The notes under the pieces are model-generated. The model did not search any database. It had not been told where the DNA came from and saw nothing but the letters and a program-made list of their open reading frames with translations. 64,000 nucleotides of DNA from a virus: positions 1 to 64,000 of the IMG/VR virus record IMGVR_UViG_3300026519_000009; one strand, 5' to 3'. A program made the translations under genes and the position numbers. Below are positions 40,095 through 50,190 of the stretch, in pieces. Positions within the stretch are counted from its first letter, which is position 1. Each line of letters starts with the position of its first letter.

Positions 40095-41693
40095 TTAAAT
40101 AAATAATAATTTCCCAATAGTCCGACCTTCTACCGCAGCGTTAAGTGTGTCAGTTATTTGAAAACTAATATCATTAGAATTAATTACAGTGGGATTTAAC
40201 ACCCTTGCCGTACCATTATACAATACTAATAGTGCAAATCCTGGTTCGGTAGATGCTAAATTATGAGTGATTGTAAAATTCCCTACACCAATATATGTAG
40301 TTGTCCATCCAATAGGCAAGGTATTATTAGTCATTACCGCCCCTGTTGTATCAACATCAATAAAAAAAGATTCGGAATGTAACGCAGTTGTTGTATCTAC
40401 ATATGACTTCGAGGCCGCTTCATCGGGTGCTACTGGTAATAGTGGTACCCCAGTAATGGTTCCACCGCCAGTTATAACAATATCAGAACCATTTGTTATC
40501 TGTAGTTGACCACCGTCTAATGTAAACGTAGCGGCCAAATCCATTGTATCACCACTTCTACTAATTTTTAAGTCAGAATATTGTTTTGTCGCGAATTCCG
40601 CATCAAGCACAGGTGTTATTCCTTGTACTGAACCTGTAAATGTTGCAGCATTCCCCGTGATATTTCCTGTAAAAATAGGATTATTTAAAGGAGCTTTTTC
40701 TACGTCTAACTCATTAATTGCTGCTTGTATATCAATTGCACTTATATTTCCAGCTGGGACATTAGTCAAATCACTTGCGGTATGTGTATGTCCTACGCGC
40801 GAAATACCTTCTACCGTTAATGTGTTAGTACTGGGTGGTGAACCTGGAACGAGTACCGTAAATTCTAAAGTAGTATCGGATACTACAAATGGACCGGGTG
40901 TCGCGGCAACAAAGTTAGCACTATTTAATACACCATCACCTGAACTTACACCACCGGTTAATACAGAAAAATCAACATATGCCTTTGATGCAACCTCATC
41001 CGCTAATGTAGGGAGGGCGGGTATGCCTGTGATTATACCACCAGAAATAACTAAATTTCCAGCAATAACACCTCCCGATAAATTTAATTTATTATTAAGT
41101 TGTAACTGTACATTGCTTGTAATTCCTTCTAATTGATTAACATCACTTGCTGTGAGTGTAGTCGGTGAACCAGTCAGTGATAAATTGTCTAAGAACGTGT
41201 TTTGTATGGGTGATAAGTGTAATGCATTATCTGAAATATGGGTATCCACATATTGTTTTGGTACTGCACCCAAATTCGTAGTTGGATTACCAAACAATAA
41301 TAGTTCACCTTGCATTGGTGTTGAACCTGTGGCGGTTATTATTCCATCCCACCCTGGACCACCAGCGGTATCATCGGGTGAATTATTCCGTATAAACAAG
41401 GAACTACTAGGCGGACTACCGTTATTAGTAGAATACCATAATTGTCCTTCTATAGAATTAACCGGGCGTGTTGGACTAGCAAAGTTTTCTATCATATATA
41501 CAAAATTTTGCGCAACCGCTTCCCCAAAATTAGATAAGCCACGGCCATATAACTTCAATGTGGTTCTTGCAGTAACAGCATTTTCTATGAGCGTGGGATT
41601 GGATGGACTAATCGGACCATTTGTTGTAAATGGAAAAATAGAAAATCCTGGTTTAGTCGTATCCGAAAATAATAAGTTATATGTTAGAGCCAC
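40095..41693 (-). CDS. Tail-fibre-like virion protein
   Basis: LYGRG...GEAVAQNFVYMIENFA...GQLWY; repeated A(S/T)KxY(V/S)D fibre motifs. Confidence 0.7.
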   Translation of the reverse strand: MALTYNLLFSDTTKPGFSIFPFTTNGPISPSNPTLIENAVTARTTLKLYGRGLSNFGEAVAQNFVYMIENFASPTRPVNSIEGQLWYSTNNGSPPSSSLFIRNNSPDDTAGGPGWDGIITATGSTPMQGELLLFGNPTTNLGAVPKQYVDTHISDNALHLSPIQNTFLDNLSLTGSPTTLTASDVNQLEGITSNVQLQLNNKLNLSGGVIAGNLVISGGIITGIPALPTLADEVASKAYVDFSVLTGGVSSGDGVLNSANFVAATPGPFVVSDTTLEFTVLVPGSPPSTNTLTVEGISRVGHTHTASDLTNVPAGNISAIDIQAAINELDVEKAPLNNPIFTGNITGNAATFTGSVQGITPVLDAEFATKQYSDLKISRSGDTMDLAATFTLDGGQLQITNGSDIVITGGGTITGVPLLPVAPDEAASKSYVDTTTALHSESFFIDVDTTGAVMTNNTLPIGWTTTYIGVGNFTITHNLASTEPGFALLVLYNGTARVLNPTVINSNDISFQITDTLNAAVEGRTIGKLLFI

Positions 41694-41720
41694 AATCGTA
41701 TCCTTTTTTTAAATAAATTT

Positions 41721-43685
41721 TTACCCAAATACCCGCAATTCTTTAAACCTTCGTCGAATCAAGGTACCACCAGAACTAAATAAAATCGCTCGCGCGTTCG
41801 TTCCATCCGATATAATAGTGTACATACGCTGTGAATGTGGGAGGTTTCCGGTCCCCGTGGCAGGGGGTGTGGATGAGACATTATTACCATCAAAAATTTT
41901 AGTCCAGGCACTATCTATAAATACTTCAAATATAACTTGACCATTTATCAAATCTTCGTTTACTACCTGATACATTCCAGCTGGAAATACGTATGTAGAG
42001 CCAGGGACATTTGCTAATGTTCGTAAAGTATATACATTAGTAAAACTAAAACCACCAGCAATAAGATTATCAACATATTGCTTATTTGCAGCATCCGAAT
42101 TATTAGTCGGTGTGTCCACGTTAACAATTTTAGCGTTTGTCATATCTAATTCACTATCAAATTGAACTGGCCCTGTAATTCTGGCATCGCCAACCACATG
42201 TAACTTATTTCCTGGTGCCGGTGTTCCTATTCCAACGTCACCAGTCGTGGTTATTCTAAACTGTTCGGTTGCTACACCAGCACTTCCGGTTTCTATTACA
42301 AAGTCCCCATAATTTGCACGTAGTCGTAGTATATCGCCAAAATCATTGTGCTGTATAAGACTACGAGGTAGAACATTTCCAGCTTGATGGAATTGTATTG
42401 CAACATTTCCATTCGAGTTATTGTTCTCTAGGCGCAATGCTTCACCATTGCCGCCCGCTAAGGTTAGGACGTGTAACTTTGCGGCTGGTGCTGTCACCCC
42501 CATTCCAATATCACCACTAGACGTTATAACTAGATTTTTATTACCATTTGTTGAAAAACTAAGTGTTTGTCCAAGGTCAAATTCAATTGAATTATCACCA
42601 CCTGCGGAATTACCAAAGTTTATTAATCCGGTGGAAGGGTCGGTTAACGCATTAGTAGCCCGTATTGCGCCATTAATAGTAACTTCACCACTAGGCGCTA
42701 TAAGTAGTTTTTCATTACCATTTGTTGAAAAACTAAGTGTTTGTCCAAGGTCAAATTCAATTGAATTATCACCACCTGCGGAATTACCAAAGTTTATTAA
42801 TCCGGTGGAAGGGTCGGTTAACGCATTAGTAGCCCGTATTGCGCCATTAATAGTAACTTCACCGGTGGTCTCAAAAATATTTAGACGTATTTGATTATTT
42901 TTAACTATATCGAAACTATTACTATTATTAATTATATAATCACTGGCACCTAACCCGAAATTAATTCGACCATCCCCACTATTGTTAACTGTCAGGTCAT
43001 CATTGATTGTAGTTGCACCATTCAATTCAGTATCACCAACTACTTCAAATGCTGTGGATGGTGATGGTTGATTAATTCCAACTGACCCATTACTTAACGC
43101 GGTTAGTACACTCCCCCCTGCACTTTGTAAATCAATAATAGCACCTGCCCCCTGTTGATTTACAATAAGCAATGTTCCCGGTTCATTCGCTTGCATAATA
43201 TCAGCAACATCGCTGCGTAAAAATTGAGTACTATCAAGGCCGTCCAACAACGTTGCATCACCACCAGTCGGAATTGACCATATATTACCTAATGAAAAGG
43301 TATAAGTAACATTTGCAGAAGTATTGAACCATTGTTGTCCAATAACAGGATTAGTTATTCCATTACCAAGACCAAGATCATTTTCATCTTTTGGAAGAAC
43401 CGGATCGGTCACAGGGTCATAATCCATTAACATCGTAGCTGGATTATAATCACCGAAAACCTTTGCTGGGCAAGCATAATTCTCCAACAATCTGAATATA
43501 TTTTGATTTACGCCCTGTCCCCAACTTACAGTACCAAATCCATATAATGATAAGTCGGAATCCCGCGCAATCCCGCCTGCACCATTTAATTCACCAGAAC
43601 CAATAGTAAATGATGATGAAGTACGATTTGCAACTGATTCTGAATCATCATATGCTGTATGTTTTATTAAATATGTTTCAGCCAT
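41721..43685 (-). CDS. Tail-fibre-like virion protein (N-terminus paralogous to previous gene)
   Basis: LYGFG...QNIFRLLENYA; DATLLDGLDSTQFLRSD; GxVGIGT repeats. Confidence 0.75.
   Translation of the reverse strand: MAETYLIKHTAYDDSESVANRTSSSFTIGSGELNGAGGIARDSDLSLYGFGTVSWGQGVNQNIFRLLENYACPAKVFGDYNPATMLMDYDPVTDPVLPKDENDLGLGNGITNPVIGQQWFNTSANVTYTFSLGNIWSIPTGGDATLLDGLDSTQFLRSDVADIMQANEPGTLLIVNQQGAGAIIDLQSAGGSVLTALSNGSVGINQPSPSTAFEVVGDTELNGATTINDDLTVNNSGDGRINFGLGASDYIINNSNSFDIVKNNQIRLNIFETTGEVTINGAIRATNALTDPSTGLINFGNSAGGDNSIEFDLGQTLSFSTNGNEKLLIAPSGEVTINGAIRATNALTDPSTGLINFGNSAGGDNSIEFDLGQTLSFSTNGNKNLVITSSGDIGMGVTAPAAKLHVLTLAGGNGEALRLENNNSNGNVAIQFHQAGNVLPRSLIQHNDFGDILRLRANYGDFVIETGSAGVATEQFRITTTGDVGIGTPAPGNKLHVVGDARITGPVQFDSELDMTNAKIVNVDTPTNNSDAANKQYVDNLIAGGFSFTNVYTLRTLANVPGSTYVFPAGMYQVVNEDLINGQVIFEVFIDSAWTKIFDGNNVSSTPPATGTGNLPHSQRMYTIISDGTNARAILFSSGGTLIRRRFKELRVFG
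42540..42863 (-). repeat. 150-bp identical direct repeat with 174-bp period inside fibre gene
   Basis: 42540-42689 equals 42714-42863. Confidence 0.9.
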
Positions 43686-43721
43686 GGTATCCTCGTGTTT
43701 ATTGATTATATTATTATTTAT

Positions 43722-43865
43722 CCAAGTTGCTGAAATACCATTTCCAAATCAACAAGCTGAATTTGGAAATGGATGGATAAGAAGAATTTTGGTTGGATTC
43801 CAATTGAAGCTACCATCACCAAATCGTCTCGCTCATTTGGTGATGGTCGCCAACAGTAGCTTCAA
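43722..43865 (+). mobile_element. Two-hairpin mini-element (left end, short spacer, right end)
   Basis: TTTAT|CCAAGTTGC; hairpin CCATTTCC/GGAAATGG; second hairpin; ends CTTCAA. Confidence 0.85.
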
Positions 43866-43889
43866 GTATTAATCATAACAATTAGCACG

Positions 43890-44558
43890 TTAATGTATTG
43901 TTGTTCCTTTTTTAACGAAAGGAACTGTCGTTATTGATTTATTATCAATATTTTCTTGTTCGGTCAATTTACTTGGGGGTGTATCATATAAGTTTGATAA
44001 TATTTCACGTATTTTACTGTCTTTCGAGGATGATTTACTATTCTCTTTAACCGGTTCTTTTACCTTCTTAACCGGTTCTTTTACCTTCTTAACCGGTTCT
44101 TTTACCTTCTTAACCGGTTCTTTTACCTTCTTAGCCGGTTCTTTTACCTTCTTAATCGGTTCCTTAATTGATTCGTTATCCGTCTTAATAGGTTCTTTAG
44201 CTTGGTTAATAGATTTATTGACATTGGATGGATTCAATACCAACTTCGGACGCGAAACATAAACATCATGCGTTCCTACCACATTAATATTTCCGTTCAT
44301 TGGACAAAAATGGTATCCATCTACAATAATATCAATATGGAAGTTATATGTGGTAGTTTCCAGCATTTCTAATGGCGGAATTATTACTGTCCATGAACGC
44401 TTGCTATTCTCGACTCGTTTACATTCAAATTTAAGGTCCATTTCGGAGGCTTCTATAACAAAATAAACACACATATCTTTCGTTTCGATATTAGTTATGT
44501 CTACTTCAAAATCCAAAATATTTTCTTTTACGTTTGAAATTGATATTAAATTATCCAT
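43890..44558 (-). CDS. Hypothetical protein with KEPVKKV tandem repeats
   Basis: 222-aa ORF; 21-bp tandem repeat at about 44045-44165. Confidence 0.7.
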   Translation of the reverse strand: MDNLISISNVKENILDFEVDITNIETKDMCVYFVIEASEMDLKFECKRVENSKRSWTVIIPPLEMLETTTYNFHIDIIVDGYHFCPMNGNINVVGTHDVYVSRPKLVLNPSNVNKSINQAKEPIKTDNESIKEPIKKVKEPAKKVKEPVKKVKEPVKKVKEPVKKVKEPVKENSKSSSKDSKIREILSNLYDTPPSKLTEQENIDNKSITTVPFVKKGTTIH

Positions 44559-44562
44559 AATA

Positions 44563-45015
44563 TTAGTTATCCGTTCGTTTTCTTGTTAAATTTTTAATCA
44601 AAATGCGCATGTTATGCAACTTCTTTCGTATCGTGGATACCCCAATTTTTACCCTAGATTTCGATATATTGGCAAAATTCAAAATAGTGACTATCGTATC
44701 CGCTTTCTCTATTGGCACCATATATATTTTTTCCATATGGAAGTTACCTAGTTCAACACGAATTATTACTTCTTTTTTATAGCGTGGAAATCGTGTAGGA
44801 TCATAAAAGTCTTCAGCAACCGGTTTGAAAAAATCCTGTATATTGTTTACTTGATTCTGAGCACCCATATTTTCCGGGTATGGTCCACCACCGCCCGTTG
44901 GTTGAACCACCACACCAAGGCAATATAGTGAAAAATGCGTAGTAATTAACCCTTCACATGCCCCACCACATAGTCCCTTTGTTATTATTCGCTGACCACC
45001 AACACCAATACTCAT
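44563..45015 (-). CDS. Hypothetical (probable virion) protein
   Basis: Likely start MSIGVGGQRIITKGL just after the upstream stop. Confidence 0.55.
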   Translation of the reverse strand: MSIGVGGQRIITKGLCGGACEGLITTHFSLYCLGVVVQPTGGGGPYPENMGAQNQVNNIQDFFKPVAEDFYDPTRFPRYKKEVIIRVELGNFHMEKIYMVPIEKADTIVTILNFANISKSRVKIGVSTIRKKLHNMRILIKNLTRKRTDN

Positions 45016-45022
45016 ATTATGC

Positions 45023-45685
45023 CTATGGGCATACCGCCTTGCCATCCGTACCACCAGCAACAGGTCTACGTTCACACACTTCAGACGTACTAGGCGTGCC
45101 ACTCTGATCCAATAAGTTAAATACCCGCAATGGTGTAACGCAATCATCATCGTATACAGTTAATGTGTTTGCGGTAGAATCAACACGGGTGCGGTTCGTT
45201 TCATATTTACACAATAATTCTACAATATCGGTTACCGCCTGAATGTCCAAAAATAATTGTGTAGTGTTCGCATTAATCATGCTTAATGTAGCACCAGTGG
45301 AGCCGGTTATTTGATGGTCAGGGAGCAATACTTCGTCAAGAACATTTGGTTCAATTTTTGCGGTTTGATACCGGTCTATATTCGATACAGAGGGACCAGC
45401 ATCCGTCCGTATAACGTAATTACTACTTTGGTCATACCCGAGTAATGGGGTAAAGTCAAAGGTGTAGAAACCATCTTGTGATGGTGGTGAACCAGTACCG
45501 ATAATTTCAAGCATAACACCATCCGTAGCTTGTCCTGTGCCATTGGGGGCACCAACAATCAGCGTTTGAGTCGATCCATTTACTTCCCATATACGAACCC
45601 GAGGATATCCGGGGGTGGTTGTTCCTATGTTTATTGCGGGAACGCCTGCATCTGAAAAGAAGCTATTAATTTCCGTTTGTGCCAT
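45023..45685 (-). CDS. Probable virion protein
   Basis: 220 aa; ATAAATA upstream; contains GSPP. Confidence 0.6.
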   Translation of the reverse strand: MAQTEINSFFSDAGVPAINIGTTTPGYPRVRIWEVNGSTQTLIVGAPNGTGQATDGVMLEIIGTGSPPSQDGFYTFDFTPLLGYDQSSNYVIRTDAGPSVSNIDRYQTAKIEPNVLDEVLLPDHQITGSTGATLSMINANTTQLFLDIQAVTDIVELLCKYETNRTRVDSTANTLTVYDDDCVTPLRVFNLLDQSGTPSTSEVCERRPVAGGTDGKAVCP

Positions 45686-45723
45686 ATGTACAACATCCTA
45701 TTAACTATTATCTTATTATTTAT

Positions 45724-45775
45724 TCAAGTTACCGAAATACTACTACTGGTGGTTGGTCGTTTCGAACCGTTAATT
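45724..45775 (+). mobile_element. Decayed mini-element
   Basis: TTTAT|TCAAGTTACCGAAATACTAC...GGTCG. Confidence 0.5.
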
Positions 45776-45849
45776 TGACATTATATATCAATATCGCTTC
45801 AATCTTTTTTTTTATGTATGATAAATATACTAAACTAGGGAATATAATT

Positions 45850-46092
45850 ATGCATGATTTTTCACTAATTAAACAGTTAAATACCGTTGACGTTAAGCAA
45901 CCGTGTGGATTGGCGGAAGGAATTGTGTACCAGCAATATGAGCTAAAGATTGAAGGTGGTTTAGTGACTGTCAATATCCCATTACGCGAAAGCGAACATT
46001 TTGAAACAGCATTGTCTAAACACGACAGCGAAATAACACGTCAATCATTAAAATTATTATTAAGAGAATTTCGCGGAATCCGCGAACGCTAA
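45850..46092 (+). CDS. Hypothetical protein
   Basis: GATAAATA and GGGA upstream of MHDFSL. Confidence 0.55.
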   Translation: MHDFSLIKQLNTVDVKQPCGLAEGIVYQQYELKIEGGLVTVNIPLRESEHFETALSKHDSEITRQSLKLLLREFRGIRER

Positions 46093-46107
46093 TACTGGAT
46101 ATTAAAT

Positions 46108-46602
46108 ATGGGATTTGTTCTAACACAACCAACAACAGGTAACATAGGCGGCGGGGGAATACCCGGACTAACGGTATCCATGATAAATGGGCAAAACGTT
46201 CTAACATTGGAAGATACTACACGTGGTAATAAAATATTATCTGTTTCGGATAATCCAGTCGTTTTTTCCGAAAATGTATTATCAAACCTTGACTGGTTGG
46301 CCGTTGGTGGGGCAAGGGATGCGGATAGTGGTTTTATCACAACATTAGATGCAACTATTGTTGGCATTTCGGCACATTGTGAAAATACTGGCGGAAATTC
46401 TAAAAATATTCATCTTTTTGTTGATGGTGCCGACCTTGGCTCACTTGGAACACTAGGTGGCGGTACAAATGCAGTGATTAATGATACTATTTTGGATATA
46501 GATATTAATCAGGGACAACGTGTAAGATTACGCGCAGTGGACGGTATACCGGGAAATATCCAAGATACCGTAATTAAACTAACATTAAAGTGGCGCGGCT
46601 AA
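46108..46602 (+). CDS. Probable virion (beta-rich) protein
   Basis: 164-aa Gly/Thr/Asn-rich ORF. Confidence 0.55.
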   Translation: MGFVLTQPTTGNIGGGGIPGLTVSMINGQNVLTLEDTTRGNKILSVSDNPVVFSENVLSNLDWLAVGGARDADSGFITTLDATIVGISAHCENTGGNSKNIHLFVDGADLGSLGTLGGGTNAVINDTILDIDINQGQRVRLRAVDGIPGNIQDTVIKLTLKWRG

Positions 46603-46838
46603 ACTTGAGTTATAATGACTTTTAATTCGTTTAATGTTTTTTCTTCACCATTAACTACTATAATCGGAACGGTTCTTGGTGTACGGTCTATAATATCCGT
46701 TATTTCTTCTATTGAAATATTGGTACCAATCGTCAAATAATTATACGGGATTCCCTTATCTGTAAGCATAGCTTCTAATTTACGACAATTGCCACACACT
46801 TTTGTACCAAATATATCAATTTTCATCATTTTCACCAT
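46599..46838 (-). CDS. Glutaredoxin
   Basis: CGNC active site; RTVPII cis-Pro motif. Confidence 0.85.
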   Translation of the reverse strand: MVKMMKIDIFGTKVCGNCRKLEAMLTDKGIPYNYLTIGTNISIEEITDIIDRTPRTVPIIVVNGEEKTLNELKVIITQV

Positions 46839-46854
46839 TAATTAATTTTGTTAT

Positions 46855-46912
46855 CCAATTTGCTGAATCCACTTCCAATTTCAGCTTACTGATTTGGAAG
46901 TGATCGCTTCAA
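46855..46912 (+). mobile_element. Mini-element inserted in the 3' end of a membrane-protein gene
   Basis: GTTAT|CCAATTTGC...hairpin...TCGCTTCAA; excision restores a TAATG overlap with the glutaredoxin start. Confidence 0.88.
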
Positions 46913-47330
46913 ATTTAAGATAAATTGTTTGAATTGTTGTATTAAACCGTAGACAGAAAATAAAAGTACTAATAACTGTCGCATTCATTACACTCCAGCC
47001 TACGCTGAAAATCGCCCATGTGTTTTCATTTGTCACAACAGGTAATATCAAAAGCGTTATAATATTAAAAAATATAGCGCAGGCGGAAAACCGAAGTAAT
47101 GAACGATATCCGGTAATAACGGAGTTAATAAAGTTATTTTCTGCCCGCCATAATAATATTTCTGATTCGTTCGTCACACCGGTAGTCTTGTCCATGGCAG
47201 CGTGAATTAGCAACCGTGTTCGTAATGCACACTTAATAGTGGTAATATATGAACGACATATGACTACACACATGACACACAGCAACAATATTAATAATAT
47301 AATCCCATATTCATCCATTACATTCTCCAA
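46881..47330 (-). CDS. Membrane protein (about 3 TM); last ~10 aa element-derived
   Basis: Hydrophobic segments. Confidence 0.6.
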   Translation of the reverse strand: MENVMDEYGIILLILLLCVMCVVICRSYITTIKCALRTRLLIHAAMDKTTGVTNESEILLWRAENNFINSVITGYRSLLRFSACAIFFNIITLLILPVVTNENTWAIFSVGWSVMNATVISTFIFCLRFNTTIQTIYLKFEAITSKSVS

Positions 47331-47349
47331 ATGCCTATAATATAGTTAT

Positions 47350-47410
47350 CCAAGTTGCCTGAATACTACTTCCAAAGTGGGCTAGCTGAATTTGGAAGCG
47401 GTCGCTTCAA
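47350..47410 (+). mobile_element. Mini-element supplying the TGA stop of the Nudix gene
   Basis: GTTAT|CCAAGTTGCC...GTCGCTTCAA. Confidence 0.85.
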
Positions 47411-47838
47411 TTAACTATGTTTTTTGTGATCCATCGCGTAGCAGCCTCTACAATAGGACGATGCAATAGTCTACCTTCCTCATAAAATTCGGAAGGTGTC
47501 ATCCATCGCGTTGATGCAATTCCGGGTTCAGGATCACCAAACAACAATGGATCATTTACTTCTGCCACAAAAACAGTAGTTCGTCCAAGAAAAATCCCAA
47601 GTGAATAAATGTCACCAATTATATTGGGTACAAACAGACCAACTTCTTCTTGGGCTTCGCGAATAGCAGCATCAATCGCCGATTCATTGTTTTCAATTTT
47701 ACCCTTACATAATTGATAAGTATTACCCCCGAAAGTATGCGAGGCTGGACGTTGAAATAACATTTTAAATGTATTTGAATCTTCACTTAAATGATAGGGT
47801 ATCAATCCAGCTCTATATATTTTTTTTTTATTTCTCAT
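47407..47838 (-). CDS. Nudix hydrolase
   Basis: Nudix box GKIENNESAIDAAIREAQEEVGL. Confidence 0.9.
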   Translation of the reverse strand: MRNKKKIYRAGLIPYHLSEDSNTFKMLFQRPASHTFGGNTYQLCKGKIENNESAIDAAIREAQEEVGLFVPNIIGDIYSLGIFLGRTTVFVAEVNDPLLFGDPEPGIASTRWMTPSEFYEEGRLLHRPIVEAATRWITKNIVN

Positions 47839-47873
47839 AATAGTGATCGTTCCAATATATTATAGATATTTAT

Positions 47874-47937
47874 CCAATTTGCCAAAATACCATCACCCAA
47901 TTTTGCAAGCAGAATTTGGTGATGGCATTCGCGTCAA
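47874..47937 (+). mobile_element. Palindromic mini-element copy
   Basis: TTTAT|CCAATTTGCC..CCATCACC...GGTGATGG..CGCGTCAA. Confidence 0.8.
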
Positions 47938-47945
47938 CGTCTGCA

Positions 47946-48179
47946 TTAATGTGCGATATGTTTTTCATTAAACATATTATATTCTTTTAAATATCGTTGG
48001 GCACGCTTATCGTTTTCGCTACTACCAAGTTGCTTGCGCACCACATCAGAATCTTCAATCAACGATGCTTTAATTTTAATCGTATTCCTGCAAAAATTAA
48101 TTAAGTCATTCGCTGACGTATTTGTTCGGACGAATATAATAGTTGACGTATTATCGTGTTCCATTAGTTCAATTAACAT
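47946..48179 (-). CDS. Hypothetical protein
   Basis: 77-aa ORF overlapping the upstream gene. Confidence 0.5.
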   Translation of the reverse strand: MLIELMEHDNTSTIIFVRTNTSANDLINFCRNTIKIKASLIEDSDVVRKQLGSSENDKRAQRYLKEYNMFNEKHIAH

Positions 48180-48369
48180 GTTTGGTCACCACCATACGAA
48201 CAGGCAAACGTTTTTCGACAATTTTATATTGTTTCATGATAAGCTTATTTGCCACACTACGCATATCAGGTGTCATATTTTTGTCATTGCGTGTCATTAT
48301 TAATAAGTCGGAGGTAAGCTTATCTAATTGCCGATGCGTTTTTACTGATGAAAAATCTAAAATATTCAT
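48169..48369 (-). CDS. Hypothetical protein
   Basis: 66-aa ORF in a minus-strand run. Confidence 0.45.
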   Translation of the reverse strand: MNILDFSSVKTHRQLDKLTSDLLIMTRNDKNMTPDMRSVANKLIMKQYKIVEKRLPVRMVVTKHVN

Positions 48370-48548
48370 AATATATGTACTATCTCTGGTATAATTTATG
48401 GGAGATTAGGTAGATGTTAAAACAACTACCGCCCAACGTTGGTGTTCCGGCACAACAGTTCCACGATCAATAAATGTGTAGTTACTATTTCTTTCGGAAA
48501 AGATTAATGCCATTGCCTTATTCCTGAAAAACATCATAATTAAATTCC

Positions 48549-48917
48549 TTAAAGTGAAAGCATTTCGGTTACCCTGATTTTCCGGCGCAACGATTCAACA
48601 TATAAACGCTTAGCGCCGTCTATATCACTGGCTGAGTTTTCGGGGGGTGTAAACGTGTTAATTACCTTAATGTAGGGTGCGACAGGTTTACCTTCGCGGA
48701 TATCACGAACTACATATACAATCGACATTTTACCAGATTGTTTATTAATCGTTCGGTGGGCGGCATGTAATGACTGTGCGTATGGGATACCGATTTGAAA
48801 CTGTTCACAAAGCATTTTAATTGCGGTATTGCGCTTAATATGTTTAATTTCATCGAGATATGCGAATGCCAGCTGTCGTTTACTGTTTGGGTTAGATGGT
48901 CTTGCCATATTAATCAC
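48549..48917 (-). CDS. Basic hypothetical protein, possibly DNA-binding
   Basis: MARPSNPNSKRQ...; start may be at 48908. Confidence 0.55.
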   Translation of the reverse strand: MINMARPSNPNSKRQLAFAYLDEIKHIKRNTAIKMLCEQFQIGIPYAQSLHAAHRTINKQSGKMSIVYVVRDIREGKPVAPYIKVINTFTPPENSASDIDGAKRLYVESLRRKIRVTEMLSL

Positions 48918-49008
48918 CTGTTGTTGTAAGTCATCAGCATTATTACTGATTTAAACAAACTATATCATAATTATTCAACAACTGTCAACCATTTTTTAAT
49001 GGTTGTGA

Positions 49009-49389
49009 TTAGAATCCAGGTTTAATTTTCTTCAACTCCCAATATTTCCTATTCCCTATATGTCTAACACGATGAATTTTAAACTTCTTTGATGCTACCA
49101 TAGCATCTACCATTTTTGTAGTCATCCGTTTGCTATACGCATCCGTGGCGAACAAACTCACAATATTTCGTCGATTTGTCTTATATTGCGAATATGCAGA
49201 AAGCGCATTTATACTAGCTGCCATGGTTAAATTAGAATTCGATTTCATAAAATCCTTAACCATTTTATCAGTAATGTTTTTGCCACGTTTAGACACCTTC
49301 AATTCCCGAATTGAACGGGATATCGCTTCCATCAAATTAATGGCTTCAATATTAAGATATTCTTCCGTTATTTCTTTAAGTAAATCCAT
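49009..49389 (-). CDS. Hypothetical protein (LxE N-terminus, basic body)
   Basis: GAGG RBS; MDLLKEITEE. Confidence 0.6.
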   Translation of the reverse strand: MDLLKEITEEYLNIEAINLMEAISRSIRELKVSKRGKNITDKMVKDFMKSNSNLTMAASINALSAYSQYKTNRRNIVSLFATDAYSKRMTTKMVDAMVASKKFKIHRVRHIGNRKYWELKKIKPGF

Positions 49390-49402
49390 TTTCGCCTCAA
49401 TA

Positions 49403-49756
49403 TTATTCTACCGGTAATTCCTCGGGTGGTAGACCAAGCTTTTTCTGTAATTCATCCCGCTGCTCGGTATATGCTTTATTTATCACATCGTACTCTTTTA
49501 ACGCACGCTCTAGTTCACGCGCATATCCCAATAACACTTCCAGTGTGGCATGATAATGCTTTACTAAGGCACCGGGTTGAAGAATTTCTTCCTGCGTCAT
49601 ATCATGTATGGGAAGACTGGGGCGTGGTATGTGTGGCGGCTTTGGACTATACAATATAGGAACCAATGTTTCTTGAACTTCGGTCTTTACCGTTATTAAT
49701 TTTCCACCACAGCCAACCATCAATGTCATTAATATAATAATAATTATTTTTCCCAT
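49403..49756 (-). CDS. Outer-membrane spanin (Rz1-like lipoprotein)
   Basis: Lipobox LMVGC; Pro-rich segment; overlaps the upstream i-spanin-like gene. Confidence 0.7.
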   Translation of the reverse strand: MGKIIIIILMTLMVGCGGKLITVKTEVQETLVPILYSPKPPHIPRPSLPIHDMTQEEILQPGALVKHYHATLEVLLGYARELERALKEYDVINKAYTEQRDELQKKLGLPPEELPVE

Positions 49757-50190
49757 GATATCCCCTTTCGAATATTGCGTAAGTATTCAATACTAGCTTC
49801 GCATGTTGTTGGTGTCTTATTGGCAAGAATTTCATTTACCCTTTTATCGGTATTCACGCGGCTATCCCGTAGTGTATTTTTCAAACTTTTAATATTGTTT
49901 GCAAGGTTTTTTGATATCATTCGCCATTTATCAACTTCATTATTTCTATCAACAATACTGTCGGCAAGTGTATCATTCCCTTTTTTACAAATATCAATCG
50001 CATTATCCGCAGCAGCAAGTCTCTTCGTCAAGCTAGGTATGGTTTCAGCGCCAAAAAATATTCGGGCTTCAAACACATTTTGATATACTATTATAGCCAT
50101 CATACCACCAATGGCAATTGTTTTCCAGTTTGTTATGATAAACGGAACTATACTTTTAAAATTTAAAAGTTTTAATAAGAATAACGGCAT
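49744..50190 (-). CDS. Inner-membrane spanin (Rz-like)
   Basis: N-terminal TM, coiled coil, C-terminal PTTCEASIEYL. Confidence 0.7.
   Translation of the reverse strand: MPLFLLKLLNFKSIVPFIITNWKTIAIGGMMAIIVYQNVFEARIFFGAETIPSLTKRLAAADNAIDICKKGNDTLADSIVDRNNEVDKWRMISKNLANNIKSLKNTLRDSRVNTDKRVNEILANKTPTTCEASIEYLRNIRKGISWEK

Noticed and set aside
42540-42863. Diversity-generating retroelement TR/VR pair
   Set aside because: Copies identical with no adenine-specific differences; no reverse transcriptase in the window
43684-43872. Short ORFs sharing FIQVAEIP-like peptides (also 59360, 1806, 8360, 57208)
   Set aside because: Translations of the repeat element, not a protein family
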